Source: Zygnema circumcarinatum SAG 698-1b
Taxonomy: Eukaryota; Plantae; Zygnematophyceae
NCBI GenBank assembly: GCA_037447605.1
Contig: CM074808.1
Span: 3,224,001 to 3,288,000 of the forward strand
Direction of reading: 5' to 3'
DNA: 64,000 nucleotides
Of this stretch, positions 28,568-40,101 are shown in pieces. Positions within the stretch are counted from its first letter, which is position 1, and each line of letters starts with the position of its first letter. The translations under genes and the position numbers were made by a program. Under the pieces are notes generated by a model. The model was not told where the DNA came from. It saw nothing but the letters and a program-made list of their open reading frames with translations, and made no database searches.

Positions 28568-31500
28568 ATGGCTACCCAAGCCGTAAATGGCGCCTGCCAC
28601 CACCTCGATGCCTCCCTCCGCTCCAACTTCCTTGGCTCCCTCTCCTCCTCCTCCCGTAGTAGCTGCAGTAGCAGCAGTAGCCAGCTCCTTCAAGCTTCCC
28701 CTCGAGGCCGCAGCCTGCGCACCATGGCCATCCGCTCCCGCCGCAGCAACGTCGTCCTGCAGCCCTTTCAGGACAAGTTCCTGCCATGGTTGGCCGATGC
28801 AGCTCGCAGCGAGGAAGGGCAGGACCAGCTCTCCGATTCGCGCAGAGGGAAGTTTGAGGGCCCGCCATTGCTGGACATCGCTGCTCGCAACATGGCCAAT
28901 TGGCAGATGACTGCTCCCGCGCAGGTGGAGAGGGGCGGAGGCTATGACGAGCATCGCTCCAGGAGGCCTCCGCCGGACTTGCCCTCGCTCATGTTGAACA
29001 GTCGAATTGTGTACATCGGCATGCCGGTGCGTTTCGGCAGTGTATATGGCTTTTTTTGCAGCTACCCTATTTGGTAGTTTGTCAGTTTCTCGACGGTGTC
29101 TGCTAGCAGTTGCATTTGCTGGACATTAGGGTTTGGGTAGGAGTGCATTGCGGTTTGGTGGGACCATTAGTGATGGTTTGTGCTCAAAGGCGAAGGAGCA
29201 GAGTTGAGATTGTAATTTGTGGAACTAATTTGTGATTGTGGGGAACTCTTATGGGATTTCAGCTCGTGCCTGCTGTAACGGAGCTTATTATTGCAGAGCT
29301 GCTGTACCTTCAGCACCAGGATCCTCGCCAACCGGCATATGTGTATATTAACTCGACGGGAACATCGCGAGCAGACGGAGAGACGGTGAGACATGAAAAG
29401 CCCTTCTGTTGTTTTGGGCCTTCGATGATGCAGTAGAGTTAATATTCACATTTTCCATGCGTTTAGGGTAAACGAGGACAAGAAGCCATGAGTTGCAAAG
29501 GTAACTCTGTGAACAAGGTTGACCGAAGCAAAACCATTACAGTCTTTGGACATAAGCTTCTTTAAAAACGAATGGGTGAATATAGGAGAAGTGGAATAAT
29601 TCGCTCGAATGGTGGAACAGTGATAAGGGCAACTGTCACTCACTGGCAGGATGAAGATGTTTTTTTGGGTGCGAATGTTGCACACGACGCGCAATACAGA
29701 GAGGGATTGCTAGTTTTGTTATTTAAAGTAGAATGAAGAGTCATGCGATTTCGTAACATAGTTCCAGAACAGTATGGCACACACTTGTTGGAATGTTCAC
29801 TTACCTTTTTAGGGTTCAAAGAAACTTAATTTTGACTTGGCTAATCTGGTGGGATGCGGCAGGTTGGAATGGAGACAGAGGGATTCGCAATTTACGATAC
29901 GATGAACTTGGTGAAGAATGAGGTCCGTTTGTGCTCTTCGTTGTGTAGTGCCTCGTGCATCGTCAGCCGCCCTTGAACCCAATCAGAAAGTAGAACCTCT
30001 ATTGCTTTGATTAACAGTATGACCAGATACACCAAATACATCTGTAACTTGCCACTCGGATGGGAATTTTTTCTGTGACAGATGTGCGTGGGCCTTAGGC
30101 AGTCAGTTAGCCTTGAAGTTGACTTCGAGCTTGACCATCAAACTGAAAACTGTGTAGACCTTGTTGCTCATGCCTATAGTCTGAGTGAATTTGTTCTTTG
30201 CCACCTTTGATTGACGAAGTAAAGTTTCATGAAGCTTAGATTATTATGATGGAGATTTCTTTGTGAGCAGATCCAAACAGTGGCTGTAGGAGCAGCCATA
30301 GGGCAGGCGTGCCTGCTGCTTGCGTCGGGAGAGAAGGGCCGCCGATATATGATGCCACATTCGACAGGTAGTGTGTCCATCCTCATACGGATGGAGCAAT
30401 AGCGTTTCTTGATTACGCTTGAAGCATTCCGACGATTCATCACAAACTCAATGGTTGGTGTTTCTCATAAAAGAAAGTACGCCATTTGTTTGGTGCACTT
30501 GCAGCTATGATTCAGCAGCCTCGGGTTCCATCTATGGGCCAGATGTCGGCCATTGACGTGCACATTCGTGCAAGGGAGGTATGTCCTCAATGTCAAAGTT
30601 TGCCCTTTTCTCATCACAGGTTGCTGTACGGACATGGAGCAGTGCCACACTGAACATTTCTGAACCGCCCTTCTTTTCTTTCGGACTGGCATTGACTGGA
30701 TATTGATTATCTTGCAGCTTTGTAATGAACTTGTTAGCGCTCTGTTTGCGAGAGTCGTGATGGGTTGCATGAGTTGACTTGTGAACTTCTGAGAGATGTG
30801 TATGTGGCATAAACCCATGCAATTTCTATCAGTAAATGTTAAGGGAAATTGGTCAGTACAACATCGTTTAACATGTTTTCGGCGAGTGTTTACAGGTGAT
30901 CAACAACCGCGATACACTCGTCCGCCTTCTTGCTAAGCACACGGAGAATGTGAGATGCTGACACCTTTGCGTGCTGATCTTGAAAAGGGATCCATTGAGA
31001 TATATATAGTTCTGACATAGAGTTTTGAACATATCTCAGGGCATGCATGCCCGACAAATATGTTGAGCGGCTTCCAATGTACTTATGAAGCACACAGTAG
31101 AGCTTCAGGCGCTACAGTTTTGCTTGCATGCTGAAATTCTAGGGTAAACTTTTACCTACAAAAAGGTATGACGCAGACATCTGTGCTTCTGAGTGCCATG
31201 GCGACAAAACTTTTTCAACTTTTGATAGATTGCTGATGGGAGAATGTAGGGGGGTTTGGGGAGAATGTCGCTTCTTTGCAGTCCTTTGAGGTAGTGGGGA
31301 AGACGATGGAGAGGCCGTACTACATGAATCCGACAAAGGCCATCGAGTTTGGTGTTGCAGATAAGGTGAGAGAAGGTCACGGAAGCGGAAAGGCATTCTA
31401 GTTTTAGCTGCCCTGGGTTGGGTGAGCAAGGGAAAAGAGACAATGTTATTATGAAGAGGGGCTCATATGATTCTGGTGTTTTCTGTGGAGCAGATCTTGT

Positions 31501-31589
31501 GGAGAGGCCAGGAGGCCATGGCAGATACTCTTTCTGAAGAGGGGTGGGATAAGAGGGCAGGCATTCGGATGGTGGAGCGGCCCGCATAG
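28568..31589 (+). CDS. CLPR3: Plastid Clp protease non-catalytic subunit ClpR3
   Basis: Transit peptide, then PPPDLPSLMLNSRIVYIGMP-LVPAVTELIIAELLYLQ...YINSTGTSRADGETVGMETEGFAIYDTM...GAAIGQACLLL...RYMMPH...QQPRVP...ERPYYMNPTKAIEFGVADKILWRGQE, closer to recalled ClpR3 than ClpR1. Confidence 0.85.
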
Positions 31590-32323
31590 GGGGAGAGAGA
31601 GGAGAGAGAAAGAGAGGGAGAGCGAGAGAGAGAGAGAGAGAGAGTGAGATAGAGAGAGAGGAAGAAAGAGAGAGTTGGGTGGGGGCGTCCTGGATAGCTG
31701 TGGGATCTGAGTATGTATATAATGTCGAGGTAGGAGTGGTGGACGCGTTTGTCAAATTCAGTCTGTGCAGGGCAATAATGCCTCGGCAATGCGGATGAGC
31801 TCTTACGATACAATCCTGTCTGTTCTGTTCTAGCATTACCACTTCTGTGAGACAGGATTAAACGGCTGACATATGTGGAATATAAATAGATTATTCTGGG
31901 GCTTGTGCTTTCGCCCAGCATCAGACCAACCATTCGTTTTGTGACTGTCAGTGTTCGGTGCCACCCCTCAGCAAGACGAATTGCAAAAAAGAACCATGAC
32001 CTGAATGAATGTCACTCCCAATCATTGAAGTGTTGTCTTTTTATCATCCCTCTTTGAATGTTTACAGCATCGGCAAATTGCCAATTGCTGTGAGTACAGC
32101 ACCAAATTTTGATGTGGATGGCTCTCGCAACAATCACACTAAACAGCTCACCTCATGATAAAAGGGGTTAAGTCAGTGCGAACTCGTGCCATTCTCATCA
32201 TGATTTTAAAACTATATTCTGACCTGCAAGTCATCCCTTACTACAGTACATATCAGAAATCAAGTTGTCCTGGGTTTTAAAAGAGGGTCAGTTTAGACTG
32301 CCCATTTTAGGGTTTCGTTCGCC

Positions 32324-34666
32324 ATGGCTATGCAGGCCGCTACATCTCCCACCTCCCATGTCTCTCTTATTTCTGAATGGAGCAAACCGTCTCTCTGCTC
32401 GCATTCCTCAAAAAACCCTTTCTTTCCTCCGCATTCCCTACAAAAGTTAGAGACGCTCTGCATTCCAAAACATTCGTTTCTAGTGCGATGCGAGGTTAAT
32501 GCTAACCCTAAAAACGAGGCGAGCAAGAAGGTGGTAGTGGTAGGAGGTGGCTGGGCGGGGCTAGGAGCTGCTCATCAGCTCGCAAAAGCTGGAGCAGATG
32601 TCACGCTTTTGGATGCAGCTCCTTATGCAGGAGGGCTTAGCGGTGGGTTCCGGACAAAGGCCGGGAGGGCTGTGGAAGCAGGAATTAAGGGATTCTGGTA
32701 AGACAATCCCTTCCATGCGAGCTCTATTTTTTCTGCATTGGCTCAAATTTCTACCTCAACTTTCTTAAGTGATTCCTTGGGAGAACCGCGCAAATTAATA
32801 CTAGGTCGGAGATATGTGACGGGCAAAGTCGCAGCTTTAAAAAAAAACTAAAACTTTATGTAGATCAGATGTATAAGATTAAGATGTATATGATTGTGCT
32901 GGTCATCCTGCAAGAGTGAGATGTTTGCGTCCAAATTTAAGTGAGGTACTTGTTACCTTACACGTACGCCTGCGTCATTCCTTTGTGGTAACCCGTTCAA
33001 ATATGCAGCTTTTCCTAAGCCTCATTGGGAAGATGTGGCGAATGGGAACAGGTGGCAGTACCACAACATCAATGCTTTAGTCGACGAGCTTAAGTTGGTG
33101 CGTACTCCGTGTAGAATGAGAAGAGATGCCAACCTATTTTGTCTTTGTGGCAATTCTGAAACCTGAGATACAAAGATTTCTTTCAATGTTGAGTGCTGGA
33201 TAAGCGGAAGCGGCTGTTATTTGTCCCCATATTAGTCCTTCCAGAAATCATTAATTAAAGCATTTGGGAAAGCAGAAGAGACATCCACTAACATACTTGA
33301 AAACTTTCAGGTTTGCTTGTTCATTTCTTTCTACAATTTCTGCATTGCCAGGTCCAACCCTTTACAGACTGGACTCGAAGCTCGTTCTATTCGCCTGCAG
33401 GCATTGCCGTGGAGGCCCCAGTTTTCCACGAGCTTCCTCGCCTTCCCACTCCTTTGGGATCTTTCCTCTACACACTGCCCCTATTTCGGTAAGAAAGACC
33501 AACCGAACACTCAACAACGCTATAATCTATAGCTCGTTCCCCACTTCCACTTTGTCTGTCTGACTAATGCTATTTAACAAATTACAGATTCAACATATTC
33601 CACCTCAAATTTGTCTGGTGCAATTTTTTTTCCTCACACAGTATTCCATGTTTGTTTTGGCTTTCACAGCCGCCTTCCTCTCATCGATCGACTCACTGCG
33701 TTGCCACTCCTGCAAGCACTTCTAGAATTTGATGTGGTAAATTCTTGAAACTTTTTCCCACTTTTATGTCTAACACTTTGCTATCTTTGAATGAATCCAT
33801 TGCTAGATAACACACCGAGCTACATTTCTGGCTCAGAAAATGCATGTTTTACGTTTCTTCACCCCCTTTCTTGCGCAACTACGTGCACCAAAAGACTCGT
33901 CCTTTCCCTTTTATAAGTCAGGGCATGCTGAAATTGCCCCTTTTTTTCAGTGGTCTCTGAAAGATGGGCTTGTAGCAAGAGATTGACCCCACTCAGCATG
34001 CGTTGTGCGGAACTGTAACGGAACAGGATGAAGAGACATATGCATCCTACGATGCAATGAGTGCCCGTGAGCTTTTTCGCAGGGCGGGGGTCTCTGCTCG
34101 CCTTTATCGAGAATTTCTAGAGCCCATTCTGCTGGTCACTCTGTTTGCTCCGGGGGAAAAACTGTCAGGTCTAAACCCTACTACTCTTGACCTTATTTCA
34201 ATCCAATTTCCCTCTTGGATGGTAGCACTTGTCGACAGACTAAATTGAGTGTTGAAAGCACTTTATGATAGTGGAAATGTGAGGTGGAAACGGGTCCAAA
34301 CGTAGTGAATTTTCAACTGATAAACTGGATGGTTTCCCCCCTCCTGTATGGCAGCTGCTGCTGCTCTCGGAGCACTCTATTACTATGTACTCGCGCATCA
34401 GGCAGACTTCGATGTGCGGTGGTGTAAGGGCTCCGTTGGGGAACGAATTTTTCGACCATGGCTGCAAGCGGCAGAAGCTGCCGGAGTGAAGGTTCGGAAC
34501 AGTCGGAGAGTGGAGAAGGTGGAGGTGGACGAGGGAGGGAGGAAGGTGAATGGCGTGGCGGCAGGTTTGTGGGGAGAGAGAGAGAGGGAGGGCGAGAGAG
34601 AGGGAGGGAGGGTGATGGTCATGGAGGAGAAGTGGCTGGAGAGGGTCGGATGGAAAGTCACAAACA

Positions 34667-34704
<38 letters not shown>

Positions 34705-36050
34705 GAGAGAGATAGAGAGAGGACTTTAGTGTATTAACAGCTTGGAGATACTGTAAGGTAGTTGGTGGGAGAGCTGAGGACTGATTCAGGCACTTGATAT
34801 CGCAGTGAATTCGGAGGGAGAGAGAGAAGTGTATTTGGCGGACGCCATAGTTTTTGCGGTGGGCGTCCAGGCCATGCAGGTGCGAAAATTAAAGTTTGAA
34901 TATCCCTTTAAGGGGCTTCTTATACTCTCTCCTCACTGTCAAGATTCTGACTTGGACCCTTTCTTTAACGCAGATCTGATGATACCTACATCCTACTCCT
35001 TACTCCCTCCCTTCCTTTTCGCAATCTATGGTGCAGAAAATAGTGGCAGCATCTCCCGGCCTTTCGGCTCATGCAGATTTTTGCGCCTTCGCAAACCTTG
35101 GAGGGATCGATGTGCTTGCAGTGCGGCTTTGGCTCGATCGTCACGTCACGCTTCTGAATCCGTCCAACGTATTGGCAGGCTTTGAGCCGACAAGTGGCGC
35201 AACCCTATTCGACCTGAATGCGCTTCAGGTATTTTTAGGGTTTTTTGGGTTTTTAGGGTATTAGGGTTTTAGGGTTTTTAGGGTTTTTAGGGTTTTTAGG
35301 GGTATGAGTTTTCGTTCTCATTGAAGTGTTCGCCAGTTTTCTGGTGGGCTTCATTTGGAGAGTATCCGAGAACAGCACTGGTTTTACCGCCGGTCTGTGA
35401 AGAGTATCCAGAAGTGGTGCTGGTGACAGGATGAATACCGAAACGAGGAGGGCAGTGTGGTGGAGGTGGATGTTTACCATGCCAATCAATTATTGCCGCT
35501 CTCAGATGAAGATATCATCTCTGCTGTAAGCCGCCTCTCTCTCTCTCTCTCTCCCCCTAACACTCTCTCCCCCCCCCCCCCCNNNNNNNNNNCCCCCCCC
35601 CCCCCAAACCAGCCCTCCCAACCGTCCTCCCGCCTCCCCCCATTGCAGATCCAAAATCGGTATCTCGCCAGGTGCGAGCCCGCCTTCGCTTCCGCCCAAG
35701 TCCTCGACAGCAGTGTACTCCGTTTCCGCGGAGCCGTAACTCTCTTCGGCGCAGGGTCCCACCAGCACATGCCCTCCACCTCCACCTCCCTCCCCAACGC
35801 CTTCATGGCGGGCGACTGCCTCAAGCAGGGCCCGGGCAGCCATGGCGCGCGGGGCCTCTCCCAGGAGAAGGCATACGTCACGGGCCTGCAGGCTGCCGCC
35901 GCGGCCGCCCAATGGTTGGGGCTGGAGGGGGGCCATGGGGGGGTGCTGCCGGTGGAGGGGGACGAGGGGCACATCGCGGCAGGGAGGGCAATCGTGGGGG
36001 GGGTTAGGGGGGTTCTGAAGGGGATGGGTGTTAAGCGGGTGTTTCTTTGA
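32324..36050 (+). CDS. Plastid FAD-dependent amine-oxidase-family oxidoreductase (PDS/ZDS-related, cyanobacterial type)
   Basis: Transit peptide, Rossmann KKVVVVGGGWAGLGAAHQL...GGL, GIKGFWWQYHNI, RLPTPLG, SARELFRRAGVSARLYREFLEPILLVTLFAPGE, LAHQADFDVRWCKG, ADAIVFAVG, FMAGD...GLSQEKAYVTGLQAA. Confidence 0.85.
35232..35302 (+). repeat. Intronic telomere-like (T4-5AGGG)n array
   Basis: TTTTTAGGG TTTTTTGGG TTTTTAGGG TATTAGGG TTTTAGGG TTTTTAGGG TTTTTAGGG TTTTTAGGGG, directly after a 5' splice site. Confidence 0.85.
35583..35592. other. Assembly gap (10 N) inside an intronic poly-C run
   Basis: N run flanked by C homopolymers. Confidence 0.95.
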
Positions 36051-36606
36051 AGGGGTTGGAGAGGGTGAGGGAGGGGGTGGGGGAGAGGGAGAGGGGGAGG
36101 GGGAGGGAGAGGGAGAGGGAGCGGGAGAGGGAGAGAAGGGGGGGTTGGTGAGTGTCAGTTTGGTCGGTTTTGGTGACTGGTTAGCGATGTTAGAACAGTA
36201 GGTCATTGTGGAAGGTGCGTATTCGATTGATTGCAGATCATTTACATTTTAGGTTTTTGCTTTTAATCGATTCAATTTATTGCGAATGTTAGTTCAACGA
36301 GCGAAGCGCTGTTTTGTATGACAATTTTGGGTATTTACTTTTTTCGGATTTGCACAAGTGCAGTACATGACAAGGTTTCCCGGGTACCCCTAAAGGCACA
36401 TCTTAACAGGAGGCAGACACAGTACATTAACGCAGACCATTCTTCAAAAAGTATCATCCAAAACTGATCGTACATTAAAAAGAATCGGCTTGTTTGAGAC
36501 CACAAATATTCGAATCAGCACATCAAAAAGAAAGTAATGTTCCGCTATTTACACCACAGCAATACCCTCAGAGTTTTCCTGCCTCCCTCCTCTCCCTCCG
36601 CCTTCC

Positions 36607-38392
36607 TTACGACGTTAATGGCTGCAAGTGACACCTGTCAGAGCCACACCAGCCAAAAAAATCGTCAGCCTTCTCACAGCAAACGTCCCCATCCAACACA
36701 CCCTCAACCTCTAACCAGATTGTTGAAAAAACGCCATAAAATTGCTTACAAAAAATTAGACGACATCTAACCCTAATGCCACCCTCCCTCCCTCCCTCCC
36801 ACTCACCCAAGAAGGCCTCTCCCTGACCACGAGCGTGGAGTGACCTCCAAGAGCACCTCCCGCCCTTCTCTCCGCACCAAAACTGCCACCTTCTGCCCAG
36901 CGTTCCGTTGCAGATGCTGTGCAACTGACTGCATGGAACTGCTTCCTTCGGCGGCAATGGGGCCGAACCTCAGCAGGAGGTCTCCCAAGCGGAGGCCATC
37001 GATCTCAGCGGGGGAACCGCTGGTCAGCTCGTCGATTACAGCGTAGGGCCGGAGGTATGTCGTCGATGTCGACATCATCTCTTGGGCAAGAGGTGATGTG
37101 GAAGGAGGGGGTTCGGATGATGTTGGAGTTGCCACAGATACGCCATCTACTGAGTCATTTGAATGAGACCAAGGCAATGGCGAGAGGAGAAGGTGGAAGA
37201 AGATAGGCTTTCAGGATGTCTGAGCTTTAAAAAGGTTAGCTGGTTTTTTTAATTTAGAGTTTGAGAGAGTCTGTATAGATAACAGCCGAAGGAATGGTTA
37301 TTTACGTGCAAAACAAGCGTGAATCGAAGCAGGTGATATGACAGGGCGGATACATTGACAGGTAAATGAATCAATGTATGCAGATTCTGCAGGTTACTTT
37401 CAAGAAAACATGAAACATTTGCCATATAAAATTTCTGATGTACCTGTTCGCTTTGCAGGCACCGCTGCTGCCTGCTGTGACGATGTCTGCTTTGCAGCGG
37501 CGTGAAGTTCATGGATAACCCTTTCAATTTTCACCGTCAATTCTTTGTGATCGTTGTAAAGGACTGCAGGAAGATGACGAAAAATCTCAGGGCATGCTTG
37601 CAGTTGATCGAGACAGGTAGTTTGGGCATAGATTTATTTAAATCCCGAGGACACTACTTCAAATAATTCAAGAAGCTCAGACAGTTTGATTAAATTTTAC
37701 CCGAAAGGCTTTGGCATAAAAAAAAATGTTTAACCATCATGGTAGTGTTGCAGCTAATATTGGCTAAAACATCGTCCCGAAAAAAAAAACTACAGAAATA
37801 ATAATCCATGTCATTCCAATCAATCTATGAATATATCATACATCACCTCAAGGACCAGAACTCACCTGCTAGTCTGTGCCGATCGCCTCGAATTGCAGGA
37901 ATATCGATATCGGCCCGAGGAAAACCCTAAAGTACAAAGCCACGCGGATGGACCTCAGCTGGCGAAGCGATTCATGGCCAAATTAAAACCCAGTACACAG
38001 CGGCCCCTCGTTACTTCCCTTTCTCTTCCTCCATTCAATTCTCCTCCTCCCCCTTTCCCTACCCAGACAGCCTGTTCACAAATCTCCTCTTCCTCTCCTC
38101 CTTCACCTCTCCTCTTTTCCCATAACTCTCCCTCCTCTCTCTCCCGCCACCCCCCCCTCTCCCCCTCCCCCTCCTCCCCTTTCTCTATCTCTCTCTCGCC
38201 CCTCCCCCCCCTTCCCTCTTCTCCCGCCCCCCTCCACCCCCTGCACCTCACCTCGGCGTCGACAAGGTTCCCCTGCAGGCCCGGCCCGCCCGGCGCTGAG
38301 AGCCGCTCAGTGATGGCGCCGATCTCGGCCTCCACTCCGCCGCGCCGCTCTATCAACGCCGCCGCCTGCGCGCGAAGAGAGGGGCCCGCCAT
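36607..38392 (-). CDS. PSMD9: 26S proteasome assembly chaperone p27 (PSMD9/Nas2), PDZ domain
   Basis: MAGPSLRAQAAALIERRGGVEAEI...GPGLQGNLVDAE-GFPRADIDIPAIRGDRHRLA-LYNDHKEL...PYAVIDELTSGSPAEIDGLRLGD...VTPRSWSGRGLLG-CHLQPLTS*. Confidence 0.95.
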
Positions 38393-38828
38393 GCCGAGAG
38401 AGGGAGAGGGAGAGAGGGAGAGGGAGAGGGAGTGGGAGTGGGAGGGGGCGTGTGGGGGGAAGGCTCTTCTTAAAAGGGGAGGCGGAGCAGCGAAGGGAGA
38501 ATGAGGCGACGAGAGGAAACATGTGTCGTGGTCCGTACGGTTATGGCGGACGGAGCTTCCTCTCCCTTTCCGCCATGGCCTGCTGCTGTGGACTGGCCTG
38601 CCTGCAGGCTGGCTCTCGCACCATTGCTGTTTAGCCCAAACCCTAATTTTCGTACGATTCTCGATTCTTCCAGTCTCAGATTCGGGCAAACCCCTCACTC
38701 TTTTATTGACGAACGTTTGAAGTTTCCCTCCTTCCAACCCATAATCTTTACTCTAATCGCTGGGTTTCTGGAACCCTTCTCCAAGTCCTCCAAGTGCGCT
38801 TATCCTTACCATTTCAGTCATGTCGCAG

Positions 38829-39149
38829 TTATGTTTCTAGCCCTAATTTTTCAACCTCAACAAGTTCTTTTTCCAAATCGTTCAAGACAGTTCTATCCAA
38901 TTCCCCGTGTTTGAGCATTTCAGAGCAGCAGAAGGGTTTGTTTCTTAGTGTATTAAGCGTTTCTGTTCGACTCTGAGCAGAAGGAAGCAGACGGCATTTT
39001 TGAAGGATTTTGCGCAATTCTTGTGCAGTAAACCTCTCTACCATCTTGAGGAAATCGTCATTAGTTGACGCATACAAATTGCGCACCATGTCACGTGCCT
39101 TCTTCGGCGAACTAACTTCATCAAGAGACAACGATTCAAAATAAAGCAT
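38829..39149 (-). CDS. Intronless 106-aa ORF of unknown function (possible SAP/HeH-like helix pair)
   Basis: Charged, natural-looking composition (ERFTAQELRKILQKCRLLPSAQSRTETLNTLR) in an AT-richer segment between genes. No independent support. Confidence 0.3.
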   Translation of the reverse strand: MLYFESLSLDEVSSPKKARDMVRNLYASTNDDFLKMVERFTAQELRKILQKCRLLPSAQSRTETLNTLRNKPFCCSEMLKHGELDRTVLNDLEKELVEVEKLGLET

Positions 39150-39530
39150 TCCTCCTCTTATTGCTTAACGATTCCGAATGAATTGATCGTCGCTTTGCCT
39201 TCCGAGACGACATTTTCGTTCCAAACCGTCTAAGAAACAATGAAGGCTATGCTATCATTTCTCGTCCGGAGGCCTTCCAACCTCCCATTCCTCTCTTCTC
39301 ACCCTCTCCTTCCCTTCTCTCCATCCAGCTCCCTCCCTCTCTCTCTCTCTCCGCTTCATCCTTCTCTCTTCCCGCCGCCCCCTTCCCCCACCTCCTTAAT
39401 AATGCATCTCCCTTATGCCTGACCTGCTTGACCAGCTACATCGTCTCCCCCATCTCTCCATCCCCCCCCTTCCCTCCCTCCATCTCTCCCCCCCTCCCTA
39501 TCCCTCTCTCTCTCTCTCACACTCTCTCAA

Positions 39531-40038
39531 TCACCTGACGCTCTCAACAAGCGACAGGTGGCGCTGCAATTTTGGCACTTTCGAGACTCCTGTCCGGCGC
39601 AGTGCCTGTGGGTTCACACCAGCCTTGTGAGCAGCCATCACTCCGAGAGCCTCCCAATAGTTGCTCACACGCAGCTGCACCCCAAAAACCCTAAAAACTT
39701 CAACATCTAAAATTGCTGAAAACTTAGTTTGCTGTCTGACTCCACTACCTCCTCGATTAATTAGAATCTTCAGCAGGTCCCCGCTTCAAATTTTGAGGTC
39801 TTGGAATACCGGATTCTTTAGATTTTGGAAACTAGGGAGTTTGCAAGCTAGAGAATAGGAACAGTTGAGGTTGAATAGTTTGCGAGCTCTAGATATTGGG
39901 AATGGGTTTTAGGGATTGCTTTTGGCTCCCCTCACCGCCTGCATGTTGAGTGACTCGGGCGTGTCATGCAGCACGGTCTCGTTCTCCTCCACTGCAATGA
40001 TCAACGGCTGCAGAGAGCCTCCTCCCACCACTAAATTT

Positions 40039-40101
<63 letters not shown>

